Translations under genes and position numbers: made by a program
IMG/VR virus record: IMGVR_UViG_3300029258_002750
Coordinates: 62,001 to 126,000 of that record
Strand: one strand, 5' to 3'
DNA length: 64,000 bases
The notes under the pieces: model-generated
What the model was told of the DNA's origin: nothing
Seen by the model: only the letters and a program-made list of their open reading frames with translations
The model's database searches: none
Shown: positions 1 to 10,086 of the stretch, one piece after another
Position numbering within the stretch: position 1 is the first letter of the stretch
Layout: each line of letters opens with the position of its first letter

Positions 1-785
1 AGCTCTTCATGGGCGAGAGTGCGGACAAGGAACCTTGCCCTGCCTGCTGCCCTGGCGCAGTTCGACACGTTCACATCGACCTGAGCACGAACCAGTGCGC
101 GACTGGCTTCTGTATGGGGCACGTGGCGGGTTCTGTCGAGGTGACCCGGCGCGACCCGGAGACGAACGAGCAGCGGCGGGAGGATGCCGTCGTTATCCAC
201 ATCGACTGCATCCTGCGGATCGTGGCGCCGGACGGCGGCGATGTGGATCACGGCGAGGTTCGCGGCCTGGTCTACAAGCTGATGAAGGGCGGGGTCCCGA
301 TCCGGTCGGTCTCGATGGACCAGTACCTAGCTCCCTCCAACCTCCAGATGTTCAAGCGCAAGGGACTCAGGACTGAGGAGATCGGCGAGCGGCGCTTCAA
401 GCTCAAGCCTTACATCACGACCAGGCAGGCTCTCTACGAGGGGCGCGTGATGTCCCCTGTGTCCGAGAATCTGTCGAACGAGCTGAAGTCGCTCGAGTTG
501 CACCCGTCCGGCAAGAAGGTGATCGTTCCCGCGAAGGGGTCGAAGGATCTGGCGGATGCGCTATGCGGCGTGGTCTACTACATCTCGGAGAACATGCGGG
601 CCGGGGTTGTCCTCGCGCCATCGCTGGGGGTATCCGGGAGCGCGAGACCAAGCGGTCCGCAGTGGAGTTCCGGCGGGAATATCGACTGGGGCGACGACGA
701 TGAGTACGATTATGCGCCTCCGCCTACGTCCGATGGCCCCGGCGGTGATGGTGGAGGGTTCTCGTCGTGGATCATTCTCGGCTGA
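1..785 (+). CDS. terL: Terminase large subunit, C-terminal nuclease domain (5'-truncated by window edge)
   Basis: RNase H-fold nuclease motifs SVSMDQY and KKVIVPAKGSKDLADAL (typical TerL C-terminal K-D-x-A-D-A); frame open from the window start; followed by putative head-protein genes. Confidence 0.75.
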   Translation, partial: LFMGESADKEPCPACCPGAVRHVHIDLSTNQCATGFCMGHVAGSVEVTRRDPETNEQRREDAVVIHIDCILRIVAPDGGDVDHGEVRGLVYKLMKGGVPIRSVSMDQYLAPSNLQMFKRKGLRTEEIGERRFKLKPYITTRQALYEGRVMSPVSENLSNELKSLELHPSGKKVIVPAKGSKDLADALCGVVYYISENMRAGVVLAPSLGVSGSARPSGPQWSSGGNIDWGDDDEYDYAPPPTSDGPGGDGGGFSSWIILG

Positions 786-1057
786 CTCGTAGGCCGCTCA
801 AGACCCTGAGCGAGGTCGCGACGGGCCGCGAGCCCCACAAGGCCGACCGTCTGACCAACCGAGTTCGACGGCTCGTGGACAAGTTTGCCTCCAGGCGGTT
901 CAACCGAGCTGGCTACAACCGCAAGGAGCGGGAGAACTACCACAAGCGGATCCCTCAGTCGCAGGACAAGCGTCGGCTCCACCCAGCTGACACCTCCGGC
1001 AAGAAGCGGGTCGCGCCCGAGAAGCGCGTCGGCGCGGGCAGGCTCCGCCGTCGATGA
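767..1057 (+). CDS. Small very basic protein with RRPLKTLSE motif
   Basis: ORF bridges terL and next gene (ATGA overlap at 1054); R/K-rich; motif shared with ORFs at 10087, 17474 and 42737. Confidence 0.55.
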   Translation: MDHSRLTRRPLKTLSEVATGREPHKADRLTNRVRRLVDKFASRRFNRAGYNRKERENYHKRIPQSQDKRRLHPADTSGKKRVAPEKRVGAGRLRRR

Positions 1058-1305
1058 GATGCCCTCGTTGCAAGCACCACGGCTCGAAGGTGACGAAGAC
1101 GACGCGCCCGATCGATGAGGGCATGTTCGAGTTCGGCACCCTGAAGAAGCGCGAGCGCCGGTGCGACGAGTGCAAGGGCCGGTTCTTTACCTACGAGATC
1201 CATGAGGATGCGTTTCGTAGAATGCTCACCCTTACTGAGGGTAAGCCTGTCCGCCGGTCGCTCCGAACGGGGGGCACGCCGAAGTACCGCAAGTCGCACG
1301 TGTAG
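1054..1305 (+). CDS. NrdR-like N-terminal zinc ribbon protein (no ATP-cone)
   Basis: MRCPRC...SKV...RERRCDECKGRFFTYE matches the NrdR Zn-ribbon pattern; only 83 aa. Confidence 0.65.
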   Translation: MRCPRCKHHGSKVTKTTRPIDEGMFEFGTLKKRERRCDECKGRFFTYEIHEDAFRRMLTLTEGKPVRRSLRTGGTPKYRKSHV

Positions 1306-1312
1306 GGGCAGC

Positions 1313-4300
1313 ATGAACTGGGCAACCCTGATCGAGGTCGAATGCGACAAGGACATCAAGATCAAGGATCCGACGCCCAAGCCCGAGGTGCAGGCGTCGC
1401 CGATCATCCTGGGTCGGGTCACGGCCGCGATCGAGCGCGGTCGTCAGCGGGTCGATGCTCAGGCCGCGAAGCTCGCTAAGGCCAAGGCGAAGGTAGGCAA
1501 AGCGAAGACGGACAAGGCGAAGCACAAGGCCGAGGTCTCGGCGGCCTGCGAAGCGCTCCGCGTGAAGGCGCGAGAGGCCGACCTGGAGTTCTCCCTCAAC
1601 AGGTGGAAGAACCTGGAGGTGATGGCGAAGGAGAACCTGGCGAAGGAGAAGGAGACGCGGGCCAACCTCATCGCCAAGGGCAAGCCCACGGACCACGTGG
1701 ACGAGACCATCGCGAAGATCGAGGCGTGGCTGCATTTCGGCGGTAGTGCGTCGAGCCACGGCCAGGATCACCTGGCCAACCACGGGAACGAGGACTTCAA
1801 GCCTGGGCCGATGCTCGGCATCTCCTACAACTACGGCAAGAGCAAACTGCTCGGGCCGGACGGCAACGAGTTCGACCCTATCTCGTGTTTCGAGACTGAG
1901 AAGGAGAAAGCAAAGACCGATGCGGTGATGACGGCCCTCGCGCCTGAGCCATCGCTCGAGCCCGCGACCGAGCCGGTCGTGGCTGGACCGAAGTCGGTCG
2001 ATGACCTGTCGGCCTCTGAAACAGCCAAGCTCAAGGCCGATCTCAAGACCGCTTTCCTCACCGCCACCAGCAAGGGAAACTTCCAGTGGACGCCTGGGGA
2101 GGTGTTCGAGAAGGCGGGAGTCATCCCGCCCCCGGCCGGAACCCTGAGCGTGTCCGTGGCCGAGCAGCACGCGAGCGCGCTGTACTACGCTGTCAGGGAT
2201 GAGGCCACGGTCAAATCGCTCGATGATCTCGACATCGAGGAGGCGACCAAGCTGGTCTCGGCGGCGTTCAAGGCTGTCTCAGATCAGATGAAGGCGGACG
2301 TTGCTGCGGGCGGGACGTTCAAGAAGATCGCGACCATCAAGGCGCTACGAGCGGCTAGCGTTGCCGCGCTCGGCGACAAGCGGCTCAATCTGAAGGTGGC
2401 GAAGACCTTCGTCGACCAGGCGGTCGAGAAGTGGTACTCGGTTCCGAAGCCCTACAACGCCTATACACCGGAAGACCAGGCCAAGATCAAGGCCAAGGCG
2501 AAGTCACTGGCGATCAAGAAGGCGTTCGTCGTTGCCGGTGTGCCGCAGGTGCCGGATGTCGCTACTCTCATCAAGCAGCAGCTCTCGGCTGACGGCCTGG
2601 GGATCTCCTCTGCGGCTGCGATGACACTGTCGGCTGCCACCATCGACGCGAACACGAACAAGGCGTTTGGCGCGCTTCCGGCAGACAAGCAGCAGGCGAT
2701 CCTGGCCGTGGCGCAGAAGGCGTCCGACAAGGGGCAGAGCGTCGTGGGCGCGCTCCAGCAGGCCGAGATCGCGCACCTCGATTCGGCCAGCATGAAGGAG
2801 GTTGCCGACAAGGTTGCGGCCAAGGCCGACGAGCCGGGCTTCCTGAAGGCGATCGAGAAGCACCTGAAGGACATCCCCGGCCACGACATCGTCCCCTTCC
2901 AGCCCGAGGCCGTCATCTCGCACATTGATCAGTTCGGCGAGAAGCCGTTCATCGCGCTGATGAGCGAGTACCACATTCCGAAGGTCAAAAGCACGCCGCT
3001 CGAAGGTCTCATCAAGACAAAGGCGATCGGTGTCGTCTCGAGCAGGTGGAGCCCCGAGAAGATCGCCAAGATCGTTCAGGACAACTGGGACTGGATGTAC
3101 GGCGAGCATAAGGCGAAGCCGAGCAAGGAGGTTGCGATCTCCTCGATCTCGAGTCTCTTCAGCCCGCTCCCCAGTCCGGGGGTTACCAAGGCGGGGGGCT
3201 GGCCCGAGGCGATCAAGGCGCTCACCGACAAGCACTTCACGGTATGGGTCGGTGATGTTCCCTGGCCCCCTTGGAGCGAGAAGTGGGACCAGGAGCACAA
3301 GAATCTGGCATCGAAGGAGGAGATCGACGCCTTCACTGATGAGGTGATGGCCGACCCGCAGTTCCTGTCGCCGGGCGTCATCCCCAGCGGTACCGCGCTC
3401 CACGCGAAGGTCAAGGCGTGGGCCGCCGATCATCTCGATGGGGACACGAACGCGATCGTCGATGCGCTCCTCGCGAAGAGCGCGAAGGCGACGATCGATA
3501 CCTCCTCGGAGGAGGAGCTTGGCGCAGCCAGCATCTCGATCAACGCGACCGAGACTGGCGATACCGAGCCGAAGCCGCTCCCAACGACACCAGCTCTGCC
3601 GACCGTCTCGGGCAAGACGAAGGTCACGAAGATCTCCAAGGCGCATCACCTGACCGGAGAGCAGAAGAAGCTGCTTGCCACGCTGGTCGCATCGGCTATC
3701 GGGAGCGGCGCGCCGTTCTCGAAAACCGGGAAGCTCAAGAGTCAGCTGGGCGGGGTGGCCGGGACCATCGCCAAGCAGTTCAAGGATGCGCACCTCGCGG
3801 TCGGGACCAAGCTCGCGATCGGCAAGCCGCTCGTGCTGGAGACACTCAAGAAGGGTCTTACCGGGATCAAGCACTCCGACTGGATGTCCTACCAGACCTA
3901 CAAGGCGCTCCCGGATGAAGCTATCGCGCAAGCGCTGACCACGTCCCAGCTCAACGCGCTCCAGTCGATGATCAGCGAGTGCTTCCTTCAGGAGACCCAC
4001 CAGAAGAAGAAGGGCGGCGGCTACTACGGCGGGCCGTTCGAGAACAAGAAGCAGAAGCAGTACTTCAACGAGCTGATCTCCAAATGCGAAGCGGTCGCGT
4101 CGGCTCCGGTCGAACTGGAAGCGGTGGCCGGACCAGGTGGCGAGGTCCACGGAAGCTCGCTGTCCGTGGTCGAGCTGTTCGGCATGAGCAAGCCGGACCT
4201 GGACGAGTACGCCGGTCTTGGTCCCGTGGCCGGTACGACGATGGCGCCTGCCATCGGCAAGGGGTGGACCAGCTCCAGCTCGGATCTTGACGACAGCGGC

Positions 4301-7300
4301 GGTTCCGAGGGGAGCACCAAGAAGTTCTTGTCGGCGACTCTCGACGGCAAGCAGCACACCGGAGCTGGCAAGGCTCCGGCCCAGTTCCTCTTCAAGCACG
4401 ACGGCTACAGGGCGCTCGGCGAGGCGGCAGCCAACCGGACTCAGGCTCTTCTCGGCTTGGGCGGTGTCGGCACGGACGGCTACGTCATGTCGCGCGGCGG
4501 CAAGACCGGCTTCATGCAGTTCTTCCGCGTCACCAAGAACCTCCGCCGCCGGTACGGCCATCACAGCAAGCCCTGGCTGGGTCTTCCGGGATCGGGCATG
4601 GCCGGTTCTCCCGAGGACGAGCGAAAGCGACTGGCGCAAGGTCTCCAGCTCGCGCTCGTGAGCAACTGGCTGGTCGACGATAAGGACGACCACGGTGGCA
4701 ACTACACGTTCGACGAGAACGACCAGGTCACCGGGATCGACCACGGGCAGAGCTGCAAGTTCTTCGACTCTGGCGGGACCCTGCTCTCCCACTGGGACTG
4801 GTCTACCGGCAAGATCGCCAACAAGGACAGCAAGGCTACGCTCGAGTCCAACAAGGGCTGGCCGAAGCGGATGCTGATGGACTGGGCGGCTGGCGCTGAC
4901 CTGGGTCCCGACAAGACCGAGATTCCTCTCCTGGCGCTGACGGATCCGGCGTTCGAGAAGATGATCCAGCGCGCCGAGGGTATCCCGGACGACGTCTACG
5001 ACAAGATGTGGCGGCCGTATGCGGAGGGCGCGGACGCGGCGAAGTCGCGCGACGGCGAGCAGCGGCTCGCGCGATACTCGCACAACCCGAAGGACCGGAC
5101 CGTCGAGGGCTTCATCGATGGGATGCAGCAGCGGCGCAAGACGATCCGCAAGCAGGTCGCCGACCTGTTCTCGATGCTGGCGAAGAAACGTGCTCAGGCG
5201 CTTGCCGCGCACGGGGACACGCGCCCGCTGCCAGAGATCGAGGCGGAGGTCCGCGAGCAGCTCGGTCTGGACAGGTTCGCAGCCGGTGGCGGCGCGATCA
5301 CCGACAAGCAGGCCGACAAGATGTCGCCGTCTGCCGAGGAGATCGCGGCCGGTGCCGAGGCCCCCGGCTGGGACGAGTCGAAGCTGCCCGAGTCGTCGCA
5401 TATGCCGACGTCGGAGACGATCGCCAAGTGGGGCGTCAAGGGCTACGACATGAGCGTCGGCGGCGACGCGATCAAGGGCGGCGCGGTGACATTCCGTCAG
5501 CTGGGGGAGGTACCGATCGCCCAGTTCATGCTGGATGGTCCGGCGCGCGCGACGCTCGAGGCGCGTCTCCCGGGTTTCGGCGGAACCGGCCCTCAGCCCC
5601 CGCCCAAGCCCGCCGACCCCGCGATTCCGACGTTCAAGGAGCCGCCGGTCCCGTCGTTCAGTCAGTCGCCGGAATCCCTGGCGACTACCGCTCTGACCGG
5701 CGACGACCCGCACAATTTCACCGGCATTGCGCTCAAGGGTCTGGCCGGGGATCGCCTGACGAAGATCGAGAAGTACGTCAACAAGTGGCGCGATGGAAAG
5801 CTGTCTCCGCCGAAGGGCTCGAAGTACTGGGTGCGCGGTCTCGAAGCCAGCCGGAAGATGAAGACCGATGCCGATCCGATCGTCGCGGCGGCCGGTGCCC
5901 ACTACGAGAAGGAGCTGCTCAAGTTCGGAGCCGAGGGGGGACCGGACGGGTTCACGTTCGCCGACCCCGCCACTGTTCCTGAGGAGGAGCGGCTCATCAA
6001 GCCGTTCGAGCCGACCGAGGAGCAGAAGGCCGCCCAGGAGGCTGCGAAGGCCAACGTCGAAGCGGCCCACAAGAAGGCCGTCGCGGATGCCAAGGTGGCG
6101 CACGACAAGCAGGTCGAGAAGATCAAGGCGGATCACGAGAAGGCCCTCGCCAACTGGCAGACGGCCATGAAGAAATTCGAGGAGGAGCAGGGTCCGACAT
6201 CAACACTTACTATCGCGAAGAAGATGGCCGGTGTGATGCAACCCGGGAACGCGAAGCACCACGCGGCGGACAACAAGACCGCTTCGATGGGCGCGGACTG
6301 GGATGGATCGTGGACTAAGTGGTACGGCGCGCCCGGCAACCACCAGGCGTCGTGGGAGATCGACCTGACCGACGTCGTGTCTCAGCTGGGTGCCGTGGCC
6401 ACCGGCGAGAAGGACAGCCGGTTCAAGATCGTCTACTCCCCCGGTACCCAGTCTTCTGGGAAGTCGGGCAAGCACACCGGGCTCGACGGCACGACGTTCG
6501 TCCAATTCCCAAAGGGATCAACAACCGAGCAGAACAAGGCGATGCTCAAGAAGGCGTTCGAGGTCTTGGGTATCGACGCGCGACCGGCGTCGGCCGAGGA
6601 CCATGAGCTGAACTACGTGCGCAAGATGGCGTGGCTGCTCGGGGTCGAGGGGGCCTCGGGAACCGCCGCAACCGACGACGCCCGGTGGCACGTGGTCGAA
6701 CCGTCCGGTGGTACCAGGAAGGAGCGGACCGACTTCTGGCTGAAGAAGCTCAAGAGCCACCTCGGTTACGATCCTCGCCATGCCCCGGAGCTGGACGATT
6801 ACGGGCGCCCCAAGACCGTGCCAGGCTCTCACGGTAAGGTCATCATGAAAGAGGGGCCGGACGGTGGTCCGGTGCCGAACCCCTACTACCAGCCGATCGC
6901 GGCCCACTCTGGTGGTCAGGTCTCGCATCGCCGACCGGACTTCACCGACGAAGAGATGGTCCACATGATGAAGGCGGGCCGTCAGGTATTCACTCAGCAC
7001 TCCGGCGCGGCGCGGAAGTCCAAGATCCTTCAGGGCATGTTCCTGTCCACGCGCGACAGGCACCTGAGCGGGATCGAGAAGCAGCTCGGCGCGTCAGAGA
7101 GCGGAGACCTGGCCTCCGGTGGAGGCATGGCCGCCTTCCTCTACAACCGGGAGACGGACCGGCTCCACCAGAAGGGGAACGTCAAGACGCAGCACCCGGT
7201 CCGCATGGTGGTTCACCCGGCCATCCTGCTCCGAACCAACAACTTCTCGGCCGCTGGCGACACGTTCGGCTCGAAGAAGAGTGGCTACCGTCACAAGACG

Positions 7301-7573
7301 CTCGCTGAGGCGACGCTGGTGGAGATCCTCGGTGCGCACAGTTCGACGGCGGAGCTGATGGTCGAGGGTGGACTGGACGTCTTCGAGTACGCGATGTTCT
7401 ACAAGGACGATGAGCCGGGGAAGCTGTGCGCCGCGCTGGCCGAGGCTGGGATCAAGAAGATCGGGATGCCGAAGAGGCCGTGCAAGCAGGTCATCAAGAA
7501 GAGCATCACCAAGAGCATGGTGAACAAGCTTCTCGACAAGAGCGCTGACGCGAAGGACTGGGCGACCGCATGA
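1313..7573 (+). CDS. Giant (~2,090 aa) multidomain protein with atypical PI3/PI4-kinase/HipA-like domain; probable virion-associated polyvalent protein
   Basis: Kinase motifs FLFK, GEAAA, DKDDHGGN and GIDHG at about 4380-4750; start MNWATLIE at 1313 preferred over the track start 1202, which lies inside the upstream gene. Confidence 0.7.
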   Translation: MNWATLIEVECDKDIKIKDPTPKPEVQASPIILGRVTAAIERGRQRVDAQAAKLAKAKAKVGKAKTDKAKHKAEVSAACEALRVKAREADLEFSLNRWKNLEVMAKENLAKEKETRANLIAKGKPTDHVDETIAKIEAWLHFGGSASSHGQDHLANHGNEDFKPGPMLGISYNYGKSKLLGPDGNEFDPISCFETEKEKAKTDAVMTALAPEPSLEPATEPVVAGPKSVDDLSASETAKLKADLKTAFLTATSKGNFQWTPGEVFEKAGVIPPPAGTLSVSVAEQHASALYYAVRDEATVKSLDDLDIEEATKLVSAAFKAVSDQMKADVAAGGTFKKIATIKALRAASVAALGDKRLNLKVAKTFVDQAVEKWYSVPKPYNAYTPEDQAKIKAKAKSLAIKKAFVVAGVPQVPDVATLIKQQLSADGLGISSAAAMTLSAATIDANTNKAFGALPADKQQAILAVAQKASDKGQSVVGALQQAEIAHLDSASMKEVADKVAAKADEPGFLKAIEKHLKDIPGHDIVPFQPEAVISHIDQFGEKPFIALMSEYHIPKVKSTPLEGLIKTKAIGVVSSRWSPEKIAKIVQDNWDWMYGEHKAKPSKEVAISSISSLFSPLPSPGVTKAGGWPEAIKALTDKHFTVWVGDVPWPPWSEKWDQEHKNLASKEEIDAFTDEVMADPQFLSPGVIPSGTALHAKVKAWAADHLDGDTNAIVDALLAKSAKATIDTSSEEELGAASISINATETGDTEPKPLPTTPALPTVSGKTKVTKISKAHHLTGEQKKLLATLVASAIGSGAPFSKTGKLKSQLGGVAGTIAKQFKDAHLAVGTKLAIGKPLVLETLKKGLTGIKHSDWMSYQTYKALPDEAIAQALTTSQLNALQSMISECFLQETHQKKKGGGYYGGPFENKKQKQYFNELISKCEAVASAPVELEAVAGPGGEVHGSSLSVVELFGMSKPDLDEYAGLGPVAGTTMAPAIGKGWTSSSSDLDDSGGSEGSTKKFLSATLDGKQHTGAGKAPAQFLFKHDGYRALGEAAANRTQALLGLGGVGTDGYVMSRGGKTGFMQFFRVTKNLRRRYGHHSKPWLGLPGSGMAGSPEDERKRLAQGLQLALVSNWLVDDKDDHGGNYTFDENDQVTGIDHGQSCKFFDSGGTLLSHWDWSTGKIANKDSKATLESNKGWPKRMLMDWAAGADLGPDKTEIPLLALTDPAFEKMIQRAEGIPDDVYDKMWRPYAEGADAAKSRDGEQRLARYSHNPKDRTVEGFIDGMQQRRKTIRKQVADLFSMLAKKRAQALAAHGDTRPLPEIEAEVREQLGLDRFAAGGGAITDKQADKMSPSAEEIAAGAEAPGWDESKLPESSHMPTSETIAKWGVKGYDMSVGGDAIKGGAVTFRQLGEVPIAQFMLDGPARATLEARLPGFGGTGPQPPPKPADPAIPTFKEPPVPSFSQSPESLATTALTGDDPHNFTGIALKGLAGDRLTKIEKYVNKWRDGKLSPPKGSKYWVRGLEASRKMKTDADPIVAAAGAHYEKELLKFGAEGGPDGFTFADPATVPEEERLIKPFEPTEEQKAAQEAAKANVEAAHKKAVADAKVAHDKQVEKIKADHEKALANWQTAMKKFEEEQGPTSTLTIAKKMAGVMQPGNAKHHAADNKTASMGADWDGSWTKWYGAPGNHQASWEIDLTDVVSQLGAVATGEKDSRFKIVYSPGTQSSGKSGKHTGLDGTTFVQFPKGSTTEQNKAMLKKAFEVLGIDARPASAEDHELNYVRKMAWLLGVEGASGTAATDDARWHVVEPSGGTRKERTDFWLKKLKSHLGYDPRHAPELDDYGRPKTVPGSHGKVIMKEGPDGGPVPNPYYQPIAAHSGGQVSHRRPDFTDEEMVHMMKAGRQVFTQHSGAARKSKILQGMFLSTRDRHLSGIEKQLGASESGDLASGGGMAAFLYNRETDRLHQKGNVKTQHPVRMVVHPAILLRTNNFSAAGDTFGSKKSGYRHKTLAEATLVEILGAHSSTAELMVEGGLDVFEYAMFYKDDEPGKLCAALAEAGIKKIGMPKRPCKQVIKKSITKSMVNKLLDKSADAKDWATA

Positions 7574-8307
7574 AGCTGGCCGATCTTCCCGAGCTGCTGC
7601 ACACGGGCAAGTTCTCCCTGATCCGCGCGTACCCGGAGATCGGGCGGGAGGATGAGTTGCTCGGCAACGTGTTCGATATCCTCGTCAAAAGGCGCGATGT
7701 CGTGGTGCTCGCGAGCCCAACCGCCGGGTCCGGCGAGCCGTGCCGGTCATACGGCTTCAGCGCATTCGAGGTGATGTCGACCAACGGCGGAGCGCTCGTG
7801 ACCGAGGCCATCGACTGGCCTGTGACCACCTGGCGGTTGCGGAAGCTCGAATCGCCCGAGGACATCGAGCTGTGGGACAGGGAGCACGACGTTTACGATG
7901 ATGTCGAGGATGAGGTCTTGGAAGCGGCCAAGGAGGTCTTCGCTGACCTGGCGGCCAGGCCCGCGCCGCCCGAGCCCTCCCAGCTCTCGGCGTTCGACTA
8001 CGTCCGATGGAGCGTGCTGACCGAGGACGGGTGGACGCCCGCCGGTGCTGTGGCCGTCAAGTCCGACCAGAGCGGGCTGGCTGTCGACAGTTTTGGTGGT
8101 TCCGAGGCGGATGCGCACTTCTGGGAGACCCGCTACACGTTCGTTCCCGAGGGTTTCCTGCGAGACATCAACCAGGCATCCGGCCGGGATGAGATGTTCT
8201 CGGAGCCCACATCGATCAAGGCTGCTTCGCTAGAGGAGGCGCTGGAGCGCGCCAAGTACCAGATCGCGAAGGAGCACTACGAGCAGACAGGAAGGAGTCT
8301 CTTCTGA
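7570..8307 (+). CDS. Hypothetical acidic protein
   Basis: ATGA overlap with upstream gene; codon usage like neighbours; no recognised motif. Confidence 0.6.
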   Translation: MKLADLPELLHTGKFSLIRAYPEIGREDELLGNVFDILVKRRDVVVLASPTAGSGEPCRSYGFSAFEVMSTNGGALVTEAIDWPVTTWRLRKLESPEDIELWDREHDVYDDVEDEVLEAAKEVFADLAARPAPPEPSQLSAFDYVRWSVLTEDGWTPAGAVAVKSDQSGLAVDSFGGSEADAHFWETRYTFVPEGFLRDINQASGRDEMFSEPTSIKAASLEEALERAKYQIAKEHYEQTGRSLF

Positions 8308-9254
8308 TGGACGAGAAGCAACTGACCGACGCCGTGGCGACCCTCGCCAGTTCGTCCGCGTTCCGGCACGGGGACGCCAGCACGTTCTCCGTGACGTTCC
8401 TCCGACACGTGGCGGAGCTGCCGGGTCCAGCCGACCCCAAGAAGTACCTCCAGGTCATCAAGAACAAGCTCGGGCTCATCGTGGGCGAGGACGACAGCGT
8501 TGCGGTCGTTTGCCCCGGCAACGGTGGTCTGGTAGCCGAGGTGCTCCTGGCCGGAGCCGAGCAGGCTGTCGCGATCGAGCCGCGTGTCCGCTTCCACCAG
8601 GCGATCGATCGGGTGTGCACCCTTCTGCGGGAGACCCACGACCGGGTCGATGTCAAGACCTACCTCGGCTGGCCGAGCCCGAAGTCCAGCGTCGGCCCGT
8701 TCGATGTGATCCTCTGGCCCGAGGGGCTCGAGGAGTGCCAGGACCCCGCCGGTTCCCTCGAGAAGCTGCTCAAGTGCCTCCGGCCAGACGGGATCCTGTG
8801 TGTCGAGGTCGCCCACGGCGAGCACACCAAGACCGAGCCGCCGCTCAACGCGTTCCGGCCGACCGAGGGCACGTGGGCCGAGCTGCTGGATCAGCTGGGC
8901 ACCGAGTCCGGGATGCAGACGGACGGTCGCGCTCAGGGCCGGGTGCTCTACCGGATCGGCGGGTCGGCGAAGCTGACCGCGAAGAAGCTGACCCCAAAGC
9001 CGAAGCCTGTGCCTCCGCCTGCTCCGGCTCCCAAGGCCGCGCCCAAGCCTCCGCCTCCGCCAGCGAAGCCGCCTGCGCCGAAGCCGACTCCGCCCAGGCC
9101 CGAGCCGAAGCCCGAGCCGAAGCCCGAGCCGAAGGTCGAGCCGAAGGTCGCCAAGAAGAAGGTCACCAAGAAGAAGACGTCGAGCCGGATCAAGAAGGAG
9201 GCCGCGCCGCCGCCTCCGCCGCCCGCCGACAAGCCGAAGGACGAGAACGGGTAG
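8307..9254 (+). CDS. Class I SAM-methyltransferase-like fold protein with Pro/Lys-rich tail
   Basis: DSVAVVCPGNGG...LAGAEQAVAIEP resembles motifs I/II; FDVIL and LRPDGILCVE resemble later strands; C-terminal PKP/EPKP repeats. Confidence 0.5.
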   Translation: MDEKQLTDAVATLASSSAFRHGDASTFSVTFLRHVAELPGPADPKKYLQVIKNKLGLIVGEDDSVAVVCPGNGGLVAEVLLAGAEQAVAIEPRVRFHQAIDRVCTLLRETHDRVDVKTYLGWPSPKSSVGPFDVILWPEGLEECQDPAGSLEKLLKCLRPDGILCVEVAHGEHTKTEPPLNAFRPTEGTWAELLDQLGTESGMQTDGRAQGRVLYRIGGSAKLTAKKLTPKPKPVPPPAPAPKAAPKPPPPPAKPPAPKPTPPRPEPKPEPKPEPKVEPKVAKKKVTKKKTSSRIKKEAAPPPPPPADKPKDENG

Positions 9255-9314
9255 CGCATACCGCGATTAGGCTCAAGTAGTTAGAATCCACGGTCAGTAG
9301 CGGAGGTCGCGCCT

Positions 9315-9674
9315 GTGTCGAAGACCGTCAAGATCCAAGCCCAGTTCCAGGTGATCGACGCTGACGGCACCCAGGCCATCAACCGGGTCACCCGGGACGA
9401 GGTCACCATCGAGGAGGGCACAGGAGTCTTCCCGGAGAAGATCCCGGCCACCACGGTCGATCATCCGGTCCAGTTCTCCGGGGTCACCAACGGCAAGCGC
9501 GTCTTCCTCCGGTCGAACCAGGAGGTCACGCTCAAGATCAACAACCTCGGGGACATCGGCTTCCCGTTCGGTCCTGGCGATGGCTACCTCACCAGCTACA
9601 CCGGGATCACCGCGCTCTACGTCACGACTGGCGGGAGCGAGACCGAGTTCGAGGCCGTGGTCACCGGCGACTGA
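9315..9674 (+). CDS. Small beta-rich putative virion structural protein
   Basis: GGAGG RBS before GTG; alternating hydrophobic pattern; TAGAAT element upstream near 9282. Confidence 0.5.
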   Translation: MSKTVKIQAQFQVIDADGTQAINRVTRDEVTIEEGTGVFPEKIPATTVDHPVQFSGVTNGKRVFLRSNQEVTLKINNLGDIGFPFGPGDGYLTSYTGITALYVTTGGSETEFEAVVTGD

Positions 9675-9689
9675 GCGAGGAGATAGAGC

Positions 9690-10067
9690 ATGGCTCACCA
9701 GCACCACTTCAGCGTCAGGACCAGCGATTGGCCGCTGATCTCGATCAACGACGAGCTGATGATCGTGCACCGCAACCAGATGGCCATCAACGCGGTGCTC
9801 TACATCGGCGCGCACGAGGAATCCACGGTCGAGATCCGGTCGGCGGCCGATCGGGAGGCCGTGGAGACAGCAACCATTCCGGCCGTAGGCGTGTCAGCGC
9901 TGACCCTGCCCGCCGGTGGCCTCACCAAGTTCGACCTTCCCGGCGGTGGCACTACGCCAATCGATCAGGTCACGAAGATCTCCCTCACCCAGGGGAGCGT
10001 CTTCGTGCACATCTCGTCGCCGGGCGAGTTCTCGACGTACCTGAAGCAAGTGGACTCGGGCATCTAG
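9690..10067 (+). CDS. Small beta-rich putative virion structural protein
   Basis: GAGGAG RBS; composition like upstream gene. Confidence 0.5.
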   Translation: MAHQHHFSVRTSDWPLISINDELMIVHRNQMAINAVLYIGAHEESTVEIRSAADREAVETATIPAVGVSALTLPAGGLTKFDLPGGGTTPIDQVTKISLTQGSVFVHISSPGEFSTYLKQVDSGI

Positions 10068-10086
10068 TCACTAGGGCCTCCCATAC

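Noticed and set aside
2504-6136. 1,210-aa minus-strand ORF and many other long antisense ORFs (e.g. 11439-12476, 20894-22153, 45795-47174)
   Set aside because: In-register antisense shadows of real genes, expected at high GC3; L/R/V-rich with no motifs
8990-9240. PKP/EPKP and KKT repeats as TonB-like domain
   Set aside because: Only low-complexity linker; no TonB C-terminal domain
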